A stretch of 64,000 nt of DNA from an uncultured Clostridia bacterium (GTDB taxonomy: Bacteria > Aerophobota > Aerophobia > Aerophobales > B3-G15). Within the stretch, counting starts at the first letter, position 1. The number at the start of each line of letters is the position of its first letter. A program made the position numbers and the translations under genes. Under the pieces are notes generated by a model. It was not told where the DNA came from. It saw nothing but the letters and a program-made list of their open reading frames with translations, and made no database searches. This document shows, piece after piece, positions 45,497 through 55,381 of this stretch. The DNA is taken from contig CAYZYX010000002.1 of NCBI GenBank assembly GCA_964482715.1, positions 10,816-74,815 on the forward strand, read 5' to 3'.

Positions 45497-46237
45497 TTAA
45501 CCTTTCCAGAAAAATAGTCTCAGGTTTGTGTTAGTTTGAACAGAGCTCGAACCTTCCTCTTTTTCCTCTTTTTCCTTTTCCTCTGGAGCAAGGGGTCTTT
45601 TTTTAACCTTTAATCCTCCTTTACTCAGGAGTTCATCTGCAAGTCCGAATTCTATTGCTTCCTGAGCGGTAAACCATACTTCTGATTGGAGCATCTTTCT
45701 TATTTCTTCCTTTGTTTTCCCCGTATTTTCGGCCAGTAAGGAGTACATTTTATCTTCTATTTTGGACAGAGCCCCACTTAACTGACGAAAATCTTCAAAA
45801 CTCGAACTCCAGTTATCCAGGATTATAGTTGGTTGGTGGAGCATGACCATGGTGTAGTCTCCGATGAACCTCTCATCTCCACTGCTTAATATAAGAGCAG
45901 CTCCTGAGATAGCTTCCCCCAGGGCAACAGTTACTACCGAACGGCGCATGTTTTTTATCACGTCACATATGGCCATCACTGACATAAGTGATCCCCCGGG
46001 AGAAGAGATTCTTATTCCCACAGGAGACGTTTCAGGTTCCGAGTCAAGGTTCATTAAAGCAGTTATAGTTTCATCGGCCTTAGCTTCGTCTATTTCACCT
46101 GAAATACTGATCCAGTTATCTCTGTCAATTTCAGGCATATCTGCCCAACCTGAAGTTCGGATAAAAAGTAAAAAAATGAAAAAAACAACAATCCCAATTT
46201 TATTCATTTTTGGTCTTTGCTCCTTTTTATTAATCAA
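45497..46237 (-). CDS. Secreted ClpP-family serine protease-like protein
   Basis: Signal peptide, ClpP-fold blocks (GGSLMSVMAICD ... GEAISGAA ... MLHQP) and a Lys/Glu-rich C-terminal tail. 246 aa. Confidence 0.6.
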   Translation of the reverse strand: MINKKEQRPKMNKIGIVVFFIFLLFIRTSGWADMPEIDRDNWISISGEIDEAKADETITALMNLDSEPETSPVGIRISSPGGSLMSVMAICDVIKNMRRSVVTVALGEAISGAALILSSGDERFIGDYTMVMLHQPTIILDNWSSSFEDFRQLSGALSKIEDKMYSLLAENTGKTKEEIRKMLQSEVWFTAQEAIEFGLADELLSKGGLKVKKRPLAPEEKEKEEKEEGSSSVQTNTNLRLFFWKG

Positions 46238-46260
46238 CTTTTTAAACCAATTCCGTAATA

Positions 46261-46689
46261 TCAGAAGGTTAACATATCTTCGATTATCTCTTCTATATTA
46301 TAAACCATACATTTACTGGGCATCCAGAGGGAGATTCCTCTTAAGGGGGCAAGCACGTCTCTTTCCACATGGACAGAAAATTTTCCTTTGAGTATTTTAG
46401 CGTACTTTTCTCCGGCAAGAGCTTGAGCATAAGCCATGATTTTTCTTCTTCTTGCTGGAGTGACCTTATCTTTTCCCGGCAAAATGACCACAACCACCTC
46501 CTCTAATCGGTAGTCTTGGGGCTCAATTCTCTGGATACGAGCTATACCCACGTATCTTGTCTTCTCTGTACTTGTTCTGCATAGTTTCCCATAGGGAACA
46601 GGGTTGTTTTCGATTTTATCTTCCGACTCGAAACTCACACTGAAAAACTCTTCAATATACCTCATTTTTACTACCCTTTTTGCCTGCAT
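46261..46689 (-). CDS. Hypothetical protein
   Basis: 142-aa ORF with a good coding look. No motif I can assign. Confidence 0.35.
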   Translation of the reverse strand: MQAKRVVKMRYIEEFFSVSFESEDKIENNPVPYGKLCRTSTEKTRYVGIARIQRIEPQDYRLEEVVVVILPGKDKVTPARRRKIMAYAQALAGEKYAKILKGKFSVHVERDVLAPLRGISLWMPSKCMVYNIEEIIEDMLTF

Positions 46690-46829
46690 CTCTTTATTAA
46701 GATTATGTTCAATTTATCTCAACTGTCAAATGAAATTTTCTCTCCCAGATGAAAGTTTTTTGCCTATATTTTGACATAACAGCTATTATCTCTATAATTA
46801 ATTAACAAAAAATTGAAAAGGAGTAAAAG

Positions 46830-47708
46830 GTGAGATTACCTTCCTGGCTTACCAAAAAGATGCCACCTTCTTACATTTTAGAAGAGATGGAAAGTCTCAT
46901 TAAGAGTTTTTCCCTTCATACTGTTTGCGAGGAAGCTCATTGCCCCAATATAGGGGATTGTTTTTCAAAAAAAACTGCTGCTTTTATGATACTGGGTAAC
47001 TTTTGTACCCGGAATTGCCGCTTTTGCGCCGTCAAAAAGGGTAAACCTCTTCCTCCTGACCCTCACGAACCAGAAAATGTAGCAAGAGTCGTTAAAAGAC
47101 TGGAATTAGATTATGTTGTTATAACTTCTCCTACCCGTGATGACCTTCCTGATGGTGGTGCAGAACACTTTGCTAAGGTAATTGAGGCTATCAAGAGGTC
47201 ATGTGAACAAAGGACATTGATAGAGGTTTTAATACCTGATTTTGGTGGTTCATTTGGTGCCTTAAAAAAAGTTTTGGCGGTAAGACCCTTTGTAGTAAAC
47301 CATAACCTGGAAACCGTGCCTCGACTTTATCGCGAGGTGAGACCCCTTGCCCAATATGAAAGGTCGTTGAAAGTTTTAGAGGCTGTCAAAAAATATAGTA
47401 CAGGAATATACACCAAGTCGGGAATAATGGTAGGACTGGGAGAAAGTCAGGAAGAAGTAATTCAGGTTATGGAAGACCTCAGAAATATTAACTGTGATAT
47501 TTTAACCATTGGTCAGTACTTGAGACCTTCTCCCAGTCATCTGGAAGTTAAAGAGTTTATTAAGCCATCAATTTTTAGCCACTATCGCCAGGTAGCCTAT
47601 TCACTGGGTTTTATTTATGTTGCTGCTGGTCCCTTTGTTCGAAGCTCTTACATGGCCAGAGATTGGCTAAAGGCATTGAATAGAAGCAGTTTTAGCCACT
47701 TTCAATAA
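46830..47708 (+). CDS. lipA: Lipoyl synthase LipA (radical SAM)
   Basis: Auxiliary-cluster motif CEEAHCPNIGDC and radical-SAM motif CTRNCRFC. 292 aa. Confidence 0.9.
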   Translation: MRLPSWLTKKMPPSYILEEMESLIKSFSLHTVCEEAHCPNIGDCFSKKTAAFMILGNFCTRNCRFCAVKKGKPLPPDPHEPENVARVVKRLELDYVVITSPTRDDLPDGGAEHFAKVIEAIKRSCEQRTLIEVLIPDFGGSFGALKKVLAVRPFVVNHNLETVPRLYREVRPLAQYERSLKVLEAVKKYSTGIYTKSGIMVGLGESQEEVIQVMEDLRNINCDILTIGQYLRPSPSHLEVKEFIKPSIFSHYRQVAYSLGFIYVAAGPFVRSSYMARDWLKALNRSSFSHFQ

Positions 47709-49620
47709 GCTCTATCACCGTATTGACCAGAGTATCCACATCCAGACCTTCCATTTTGAAAAGATCTTCAGGAACACCAGAACCGGCGTATCTTCTTATT
47801 CCTAATTTGCGAAAATGTGGAGAGAGGCGATTTTCCATGAAGAAGTTAGCCACTATACTTCCAAGTCCCGTCTTAACATTGTGGTCTTCATAGGTTACCA
47901 CGATTCCTGTTTGTGCAGCTTTTTTCAAAGCATCCTCATCCAGATCACTCCAGCAGGATAGATTTAACAGCCTAACCCTGTAGCCTTTTTGTTTTAAAAT
48001 TTCCCAGGCCTGAATAGCCCTGTGGAGCAGGGTCCCAGCGGAAATAATGGTTGCTTGCTCTCCATCTCTTATCAGATCAGCCTTGCCATATACGAATCGG
48101 TAATCTTCTCCAAAAAGAGGTTTGCCATCCTCAGAGAGTATTACAGGTAAATTTGATCTTCCTACTCCTACGAGAAAGTTCCCGGGCTGACACGTGATAT
48201 AGCGTATTACCCTGTCGGTTTGATTGGCATCAGCAGGAATTATGATTTTAAATCCATAAAGATTGTTTATAACTCCTGCATAATCGATACACTGGTGAGT
48301 CTTTCCGTCCTGTCCCACATCTATACCATTATGAGTGCAGACCAATTTTAAGTTGGTTTTATTGAGATCATTCAGTCGATGTTGATTGTAAGTTTCATCT
48401 ACTCCAAAGACACCAAAATCAGAAAAGAAAACCACGACTCCCTGAGTAGAAAGAGCACCAGCTATAGTGGCAGTGGTGTGTTCCTGAATTCCGGCTTCAA
48501 AGAACCATTCGGGGCAATCTTTGGCGAATCCGTCAGTTTTAACCGAACCCAAAAGGTCACAATCGAAAACGGCAATGGGGGTTGAGCCTTCATTTTGTCG
48601 GTTAGCTTTTCCGAGATCCTGTAATGCTTTCCCAAAAGCATTTCTGTTAGCTACCTTCTTGTCACTTTGATAGGTTATAAAGTTACCAGGGACAAGTTTA
48701 ATATCCGGTGAGGGTAGAGGTAGAGGTGGAGGTGGAGACAAAGTTTTCCTTAAAGATAGGTACCTATCAAGATCATCTTCCAAACCGAGTTCTTTAAGTG
48801 CCTCCCTACATTCTTCCACAGAAAGAGCTTTACCGTGGTACTCGTATTTGTTTTCCATAAAGCTTACACCCTTTCCCATAACTGTGTGAGCCAGAATCAC
48901 AACAGGACAGTCTCTGGTTTTAACAGCCTCTCTTAAAGCCTGATAAATTTCCTGGTGATCGTGCCCATTAATTTCCAGAACTTTCCAGCCATCGGCAAGG
49001 TAGTTTTCTTTTATGTTCTGTGGCATAATCTCGTTTAATGGACCTGACAGCTGAAGAAGATTATAATCAATGATCACAGTTAAATCTGTGAGGTTATATT
49101 TTTTTGCAAAACGTCTGGCTTCTCCTACCTGACCCTTGGACTGTTCTCCATCACTCATAACCACAAAAGTGTGAAAGTCTTTCCCCAGTAATCTGGCAGC
49201 AAGCGCAAAGCCACATCCTGCTGACAATCCCTGACCAAGATTTCCGGTACTCCACTCAACTCCAGGAACCTCTCTTTCTATATGACCTTCAAACATACTT
49301 CCTGCCTTACGGAAATTAGCGATAGCCTCGTCCAAATTGAAAAAACCGAGACGTCCCAGAGTGGCATAAACCCCGGGAGAGGTGTGACCATGGCTTACTA
49401 CAATTCTGTCTCGGTCCGGATTATGAGGATCATCTGGCCATACCTTTACGCAACTCCAGAGGGTAAGATAAATATCTATGGAAGACATGGATCCCCCGGG
49501 GTGACCGGAGCCGGCAACTGTGGTCATTTTCAGAATGTCACCCCGTGCTAAATTTGATAACTCTTTTAAACGAACAAGTTTGTCCTCGCCTAACTTTTCT
49601 GTTTCAAATCCCCATCGCAT
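47692..49620 (-). CDS. tkt: Transketolase (full length, fused N- and C-terminal halves)
   Basis: 642 aa. TPP-binding GSGHPGGS, HNPDRDRIVVSHGH and a C-terminal pyrimidine-binding domain. Its 3' end overlaps lipA convergently by 17 nt. Confidence 0.8.
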   Translation of the reverse strand: MRWGFETEKLGEDKLVRLKELSNLARGDILKMTTVAGSGHPGGSMSSIDIYLTLWSCVKVWPDDPHNPDRDRIVVSHGHTSPGVYATLGRLGFFNLDEAIANFRKAGSMFEGHIEREVPGVEWSTGNLGQGLSAGCGFALAARLLGKDFHTFVVMSDGEQSKGQVGEARRFAKKYNLTDLTVIIDYNLLQLSGPLNEIMPQNIKENYLADGWKVLEINGHDHQEIYQALREAVKTRDCPVVILAHTVMGKGVSFMENKYEYHGKALSVEECREALKELGLEDDLDRYLSLRKTLSPPPPLPLPSPDIKLVPGNFITYQSDKKVANRNAFGKALQDLGKANRQNEGSTPIAVFDCDLLGSVKTDGFAKDCPEWFFEAGIQEHTTATIAGALSTQGVVVFFSDFGVFGVDETYNQHRLNDLNKTNLKLVCTHNGIDVGQDGKTHQCIDYAGVINNLYGFKIIIPADANQTDRVIRYITCQPGNFLVGVGRSNLPVILSEDGKPLFGEDYRFVYGKADLIRDGEQATIISAGTLLHRAIQAWEILKQKGYRVRLLNLSCWSDLDEDALKKAAQTGIVVTYEDHNVKTGLGSIVANFFMENRLSPHFRKLGIRRYAGSGVPEDLFKMEGLDVDTLVNTVIELIESG

Positions 49621-49635
49621 TGTACTTATCCCCCT

Positions 49636-49833
49636 CTACTCTTCTTCATACTGGATTGCCTCAGTTGGACACTCCTCTGCAGCTTCTTTAATTTCATCTT
49701 CAAATTCGTTGAAATCTGCATCCTCTTTAACCGATGCCACATCGTTTACCTCAAAGACCTCGGGACAGGTATCCTCACAAAGTCCACAGCCTGTGCAAGC
49801 ATCCTCATCGATCCAAACTTCAGTGATGGCCAT
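49636..49833 (-). CDS. fdx: Small single-cluster ferredoxin, copy 2
   Basis: 65 aa. Identical to copy 1 over the first 56 residues and differing only in the last 9 (…EECPTEAIQYEEE). Confidence 0.8.
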   Translation of the reverse strand: MAITEVWIDEDACTGCGLCEDTCPEVFEVNDVASVKEDADFNEFEDEIKEAAEECPTEAIQYEEE

Positions 49834-49853
49834 TTACAACCTCCTTTTTAAAT
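49665..49853. repeat. Repeat copy B (inverted orientation relative to copy A)
   Basis: Same sequence as 33074..33262 on the opposite strand. The antisense Ser-rich shadow ORFs in the track (32997..33272 and 49520..49891) share a 62-aa identical stretch because of it. Confidence 0.8.
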
Positions 49854-49914
49854 TTTTAAAAAACTTTTTGGCTCATAAAGTAGCAAATTAATTTAAAATG
49901 TCAATTGTGTCAAA

Positions 49915-49942
49915 TTTGACAGAATCTTTTAATCTAATATAA
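49915..49942 (+). promoter_or_regulatory. Sigma-70-type promoter for the B12-radical SAM gene, with its -35 inside a 14-bp perfect palindrome
   Basis: TTGACA (49915..49920), a 16-nt spacer and TATAAT (49937..49942). The palindrome TGTCAAATTTGACA spans 49907..49920. Confidence 0.5.
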
Positions 49943-49989
49943 TTTGCTCTATGCTGTTTTATGAATAAATTATAATCCGGGAGATTAAA

Positions 49990-51381
49990 ATGAGAATAGA
50001 GCTAATTGCTCCGACCTGGAGTGGTAAGGTAGAAGAAAAGAGGGCCAAGAGAGAAAAGGTCTTTAAGATTCCTCCTCTTGGACTGCTGAATGTGGCTGCT
50101 GTGACTCCGTCAGGAGTGGAGGTTACCTTAACTGATGAAAATATTGAACCTGTTAATTTTGATAAAAAAGTTGATCTTGTAGGAATAACCACCATGACTG
50201 CATCAGCACCAAGAGCTTATGAGATTGCTGATAAGTTCAGAAAGAGAGGGATTTCTGTGGTGCTTGGAGGTCCTCACGTTTCTTTTATGTCCGAGGAGGG
50301 ATTGCAACATGCCGATGCAGTTGTAGTAGGAGAGGCAGAGGGAGCCTGGGAAAAATTAGTTGAGGATTTTCTGAGAGGGGGTAAAGCAGCTCTAAAAAAA
50401 ATTTACAAAAATGATGTCCTTCCCGACCTTTCGAAAATCCCCTTCCCCCGCTGGGATATATTAAAAAAGGGAAAATACATAGTTACTAAAGTCCTCCATC
50501 TTACCAGAGGTTGTCCCTATAACTGTTCTTTTTGCTCGGTAACCGAGCTTTTTGGCAGAAAGATTCGTTTTCGTCCTATTGATAAGGTTGTGGAATTTAT
50601 CAAAGCCAATACAGGAAAAAGCCTGAAAGAAAGGTTATTTGTTTTCTTAGATGATAACATTATGGGGAATGTTAAGTATGCTAAAGAACTTTTTAAGGCA
50701 CTTATTCCCTTAAGGGTAATATGGATGAGTCAATCTTCTGTAAATGCCGCTTATGATGAGGAATTACTGGAGCTTGCCTCAAAAAGTGGATGTAAGGCAC
50801 TATTTATTGGACTGGAGACGGTATCTGAGGAAGCTTTAAAAGAAGTAGGGAAATCACAGAACAAAGCAAAATTTTATCGAGAGGCAATAAAAAGATTCCA
50901 CAGGTTTGGAATATTCGTTCATGGAGCCTTTATCTTTGGAATGGATAGTCACGACAAAAGCATCTTTAAAAGAACTGTTGATTTTGTATTAAAAGCCAGA
51001 CTTGATGGTGTGCAGTATTCCATTCTTACTCCTCTTCCCGGTACAAGGCTCCATAAGGAGATGGAAGAGCAGGGAAGGATTATTGATAGAGATTGGTCCA
51101 ATTATGATTGTGGACATGTAGTATTCAAGCCCAAGAAAATGACTCCAGCAGAGCTTGATTCAGGAATGGCCTGGGCCTACTTCAAATCTCTTACCCTGTC
51201 TTCAATTTTCCGTCGTCTTCTGGGAATATTCTCAGGCGGGCGATGGAAGTTTACCTTACCTCTTCTTATTTTTAATCTTTATTATAGAAAAACCTGTTCT
51301 CGAATGAAACAGAGAATATCCAATCCTGATGTTCCAGCTGAAGATAACGTTCCACAGGGGAGTTTTGTTTTCGAGCGATAA
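49990..51381 (+). CDS. B12-binding-domain radical SAM protein (class B)
   Basis: N-terminal cobalamin-binding domain, radical-SAM motif CPYNCSFC, C-terminal hydrophobic tail. 463 aa. Confidence 0.75.
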   Translation: MRIELIAPTWSGKVEEKRAKREKVFKIPPLGLLNVAAVTPSGVEVTLTDENIEPVNFDKKVDLVGITTMTASAPRAYEIADKFRKRGISVVLGGPHVSFMSEEGLQHADAVVVGEAEGAWEKLVEDFLRGGKAALKKIYKNDVLPDLSKIPFPRWDILKKGKYIVTKVLHLTRGCPYNCSFCSVTELFGRKIRFRPIDKVVEFIKANTGKSLKERLFVFLDDNIMGNVKYAKELFKALIPLRVIWMSQSSVNAAYDEELLELASKSGCKALFIGLETVSEEALKEVGKSQNKAKFYREAIKRFHRFGIFVHGAFIFGMDSHDKSIFKRTVDFVLKARLDGVQYSILTPLPGTRLHKEMEEQGRIIDRDWSNYDCGHVVFKPKKMTPAELDSGMAWAYFKSLTLSSIFRRLLGIFSGGRWKFTLPLLIFNLYYRKTCSRMKQRISNPDVPAEDNVPQGSFVFER

Positions 51382-51401
51382 AACAGATGAAATTCTTAGT
51401 G

Positions 51402-52526
51402 TTATTTTCCCGGTAAAGAGATAAGGGGTTTATATCCGTACCATTCGGCAGCGGTAATTATGTTTCTATTATTAGTTTGAGCATATTGATAGATGTCTTT
51501 TACTCTCTCCTGGTAAAGGCTGTCTCTTAAAAGATGATGATCGTAAATAAAAAAGGAGGGTGATATATTTTTTAAAATGAATAAGGCATTTTCAACGGCT
51601 CGCTGAAGGTTTATCTTATTTACCATGTACCCCAGAAGGTATGTAGCCGGACCATCTAAAATGAGTATCTGTGGATTTTCCTTGGCTATCCAGACCGCAT
51701 AATCTTCAATACTTGGCCCCTGAAGATCTGATGTGTAAATCAATTTTACCCCATCTCTCTCCAGGACAATTGCCGTGACCCATCCAACTCTGTCATATTC
51801 AACTCCGTGGAATAACGCAGATGTAAATCTCACTCTGGTGGAACCTGCCTGGAAAATCTTATCTTCAGCAAATTGGATACCTTCTTGCTCTAATTTTTTC
51901 TCATTTACCCAGGGTCCGCTTTCCCATATTTTAAAAAGTCCCTTGAGCCATGCTCTACCTTTTTGTAGAAGTTCTCTTTTCCTGTCATTATAGGGACCAT
52001 AATCTTTCCGGGAAGCAAAGGCGAATTTTTCCCAGGGGTCTTCAAATTTTAACCCTGGAGCAGGTACATAAAACCTGGATATCTTGTTTCCCAGAAGCTG
52101 TTCCAGAAAGAGGCGAGCTCTTTTCCATTGAGAATGATTGATCCAGATATTGGGATTTTTTATCCATAACTTTTTTCCTTTATATATATTCCTGGCTTCC
52201 TGGGGAAGGACATGATGGTCATAGTGATAATGGGAAATAAAAACAGCATTTGCCCGTTTAGATGCTTCTTTAATACAGGAAAGAGCAATACTTCTCAAAC
52301 GAGACTTTGTCTCAGAGGGGAGAGGATAACTCGGCTGCATTGCAGCAGCTCCGGGATCAACAAGGATTTTTATTTCCGGAGTTTCTATCAAGAGAGAGCT
52401 TGATTTAGCTCCCAGAGAATCAAACCAGATGAGATATATCTTGAGAGAACCCATGCTAATGGGGCTATACTTCCAATAATCAGCTGGGAGATGTAGAATC
52501 TTTTTTAAAAGGCTTACTCTGTTCAT
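51402..52526 (-). CDS. MBL-fold metallo-hydrolase-like protein
   Basis: HYHYDH (HxHxDH) motif in a 374-aa protein. Confidence 0.45.
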   Translation of the reverse strand: MNRVSLLKKILHLPADYWKYSPISMGSLKIYLIWFDSLGAKSSSLLIETPEIKILVDPGAAAMQPSYPLPSETKSRLRSIALSCIKEASKRANAVFISHYHYDHHVLPQEARNIYKGKKLWIKNPNIWINHSQWKRARLFLEQLLGNKISRFYVPAPGLKFEDPWEKFAFASRKDYGPYNDRKRELLQKGRAWLKGLFKIWESGPWVNEKKLEQEGIQFAEDKIFQAGSTRVRFTSALFHGVEYDRVGWVTAIVLERDGVKLIYTSDLQGPSIEDYAVWIAKENPQILILDGPATYLLGYMVNKINLQRAVENALFILKNISPSFFIYDHHLLRDSLYQERVKDIYQYAQTNNRNIITAAEWYGYKPLISLPGK

Positions 52527-52730
52527 TTTTGTTAATCTCCGGTTCTGAAAAGTGTGACAGACTCAGAGCTAAAATTGAGACAGTTTTGTTCATATTTCAA
52601 GCCCAGAGTATTTGACTTACTGGAAATTAAAAGTATTATAATAGTCTGCTGTTTTCAATACTGTTTCTAAAAAAGAAAAGCATTTGACAATAAAATTAAA
52701 TGGTTTTATTTTATGTAAGGAAGGAGAAGA

Positions 52731-54488
52731 GTGCAAGTGAGCGAAAAACTAATTTGTAAGGTAGATTTACACGTTCATTCTCAATATTCCGAAATTGAAG
52801 GAGGAATTTTAAAAAAGATAACCCATTCCGAATCTTATACTCCACCTCAGGAAGTGTACAAAATAGCCAAAAAAAGAGGAATGAATTTTGTTACCATCAC
52901 CGACCATAACTCCATTCGGGGGGCTTTAGAAATTGCCCATCACGATGATGTCTTCATCAGTGAAGAGGTAACAGTAACATTTCCCGAAGATAAGTGTGAA
53001 ATTCATGTTGTTACTCTTAATATCAATGAGTATCACCATCAGAATATAAGTAAGTTAAGGCATAATATTTACGATTTAGTGGATTATCTCAATTCAAACC
53101 AGATTGCTCATTTTGTGGCTCATCCTTTCTCTTCAGTCAATGGAAAACTGAGAAAAGAGCACTGGGAAAAAATGCTTCTTCTTTTTGATGTATTTGAAGT
53201 CAGAAACGGGGTTCAGCGAGAAAAAGACAATTTACTTCTGGAAAAAATTCTAAAAGGTCTTACAGCTGAAAAAATTCACCAGTTAATCGATAAGTATAAA
53301 ATCTATCCCTTATCTCAAACTCCATGGAAAAAGTCAATGGTAGGGGGTTCGGATGACCATGGAGGATTATACATAGGAAAAACCTATACTGTGGGAAGGG
53401 GACCAGGCCTTGCGGATTTTCTTGAGTCTATTAGAAGAGGTGAAACTAAAGCTGAAGGAAAGAGTGGGACTTTTCATACCGTGGGACACAGTATTTATGC
53501 CACAGGATACAAATTTTACAAATACAGATTAAAAAAGCGAAAGCTCTTTAAATTTATTGATAAATTCGTGACTGACGAAATAAAAGGAAAAATTCTGGAA
53601 AAGGCATTTTTTAAAAATGGTAGTAAACTATCCTCTATCATGCCAAAAGGATTTTTAATTTCGTTTTTCATAAAAAAGTTTTCCAAAAAAATGCCCTTCC
53701 TTTACACCCTGAGAACCATGGGCAAGATAAACAAAAATCTCCCTCTTTATGCAGCTCTTTCTCCTTATCTTTTCGGGCTTGCTTATCAAAACAAGGATAG
53801 AAACTTAACCTGGGAGGTAAAAAAGTACTATCTGGATCAACCGGACCCTTTAAAAATAGCCATATTTACCGATATTTTGGAAAGAAAAGATAGCCTTCCT
53901 CACCACTTTGAATTTGACCAGACTTTATTTGAAAGAGAGAAAATAAAAATTATCTCCTGTAATAGAAAAATAAAATCGTCAAACGTCGGAATAAAAATTT
54001 TCCGGTCTGTGGCAGATTTTCCGTTTCCTATTTTCCCGGATATTCATCTTTATATACCTCCGTTACTTGAGATTCTATCTTACTGCGAAAAAGAAGATTT
54101 TGCCCTGATTCATGTTCTAACTCCTGGTCCCATGGGACTTGCTGGTATAATGGTATCTAAACTTCTAAAGATACCCCTTATAGGTACCTACTATATTGAT
54201 TTTTCTAAACACATACAGAAATTAATCACCAGTGAAAATTTTAAAAATCTGGTATGGAAGTATCTTGGATGGTACTACAGCCAGATGCACAAAATAATAG
54301 TTACCTCAGAGAAATACCTGCAAGAATTGAAAGAAAAAAACATATCACCAACCAAATTAAAATTTCTTCCCTGTGAGGGAATAGACCAATATATATGCGA
54401 GTCTTCCTCCTACCAGTTTCTAAAAGATTTACTCCATCAGGAAAACTTCTTTAAGTTAAGAGAGATATATAAAGAGATATATGTATGA
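52731..54488 (+). CDS. PHP-domain phosphoesterase fused to a GT-B (GT4-like) N-terminal-domain-like region
   Basis: N-terminus has VDLHVHSQYS ... TITDHN ... GGSDDHG PHP metal-binding blocks. The C-terminal 250 aa resemble a glycosyltransferase-4 N-domain without the catalytic C-domain. 585 aa. Confidence 0.5.
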   Translation: MQVSEKLICKVDLHVHSQYSEIEGGILKKITHSESYTPPQEVYKIAKKRGMNFVTITDHNSIRGALEIAHHDDVFISEEVTVTFPEDKCEIHVVTLNINEYHHQNISKLRHNIYDLVDYLNSNQIAHFVAHPFSSVNGKLRKEHWEKMLLLFDVFEVRNGVQREKDNLLLEKILKGLTAEKIHQLIDKYKIYPLSQTPWKKSMVGGSDDHGGLYIGKTYTVGRGPGLADFLESIRRGETKAEGKSGTFHTVGHSIYATGYKFYKYRLKKRKLFKFIDKFVTDEIKGKILEKAFFKNGSKLSSIMPKGFLISFFIKKFSKKMPFLYTLRTMGKINKNLPLYAALSPYLFGLAYQNKDRNLTWEVKKYYLDQPDPLKIAIFTDILERKDSLPHHFEFDQTLFEREKIKIISCNRKIKSSNVGIKIFRSVADFPFPIFPDIHLYIPPLLEILSYCEKEDFALIHVLTPGPMGLAGIMVSKLLKIPLIGTYYIDFSKHIQKLITSENFKNLVWKYLGWYYSQMHKIIVTSEKYLQELKEKNISPTKLKFLPCEGIDQYICESSSYQFLKDLLHQENFFKLREIYKEIYV

Positions 54489-54505
54489 TTTTTTAATTAT
54501 TGAAA

Positions 54506-55381
54506 TTAGATAAGCTCTGCCTTTTCCAGGATCTGAGGTACGTATTTATCCCATCCCAGTGGCATGATATGTACACCCTGACACATGTTTTTCAGTTCTT
54601 TTATTAGAGAAACCGCTATTTCAACACTTTTCCTGGGACGCTCCTCCTTAGAGGCTTTTGCCATGATGTTTATAAGTTCATCTGGAACAAACACTCCCGC
54701 AACATTAGCATTCATAAAACGGGCCATACCTGCCGATTTAAGGAGAACTATCCCTGCCAGGATAGGGACCTTAAGATGCTCTGTAGCACGGATAAATTGC
54801 TCAAATTTCTTCACATCATACACAGCTTGAGTTTGAAAAAATTCAGCTCCAGCTTCTACTTTATTTTCCATTTTTATTATTTGAGGTTCCAGAGGATCAG
54901 CACCCGGATTGACTACTGCTCCGAGACAGAAATCAGGTGTTCCATCCAGTTTGTTTCCAGCCATATCTTTTCCTTCCATTAAATCCCTGGCCGCTTTTAA
55001 AAGATTTACAGAGTCAAGGTCAAATACAGGTTTTGAGTCAGGGTGATCACCTAATACATTGTGGTCACCAGTGAGGCAGAGAATATTCTCTATCCCGAGA
55101 ACATAAGCGGAAAGAAGGTCAGACTGAAGGGCCAGTCTATTTCTATCTCTACAGGTTATCTGGAATACAGGCTCAAGATCCCTTTCTTTTAATAGACGAC
55201 AGACCGCAAGGGAGCCCAAACGCATCACTGAACTTTGAAGATCGGTAACATTTATGGCGTCCACTTTACCTTTTAGCATTTCTGCTTCTTCTAAAACGGG
55301 CTGTATATTTACCCCTTTAGGGGGACCAATTTCAGAAGTGACAACAAATTTACCTTTAGCAAAAAGCTCGGTAAGTTTCAT
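54506..55381 (-). CDS. metF: Methylenetetrahydrofolate reductase MetF (acetogen type)
   Basis: 291 aa MTHFR TIM barrel (TSEIGPPKG, CLTGDH), with a 4-nt overlap to metV. Confidence 0.85.
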   Translation of the reverse strand: MKLTELFAKGKFVVTSEIGPPKGVNIQPVLEEAEMLKGKVDAINVTDLQSSVMRLGSLAVCRLLKERDLEPVFQITCRDRNRLALQSDLLSAYVLGIENILCLTGDHNVLGDHPDSKPVFDLDSVNLLKAARDLMEGKDMAGNKLDGTPDFCLGAVVNPGADPLEPQIIKMENKVEAGAEFFQTQAVYDVKKFEQFIRATEHLKVPILAGIVLLKSAGMARFMNANVAGVFVPDELINIMAKASKEERPRKSVEIAVSLIKELKNMCQGVHIMPLGWDKYVPQILEKAELI

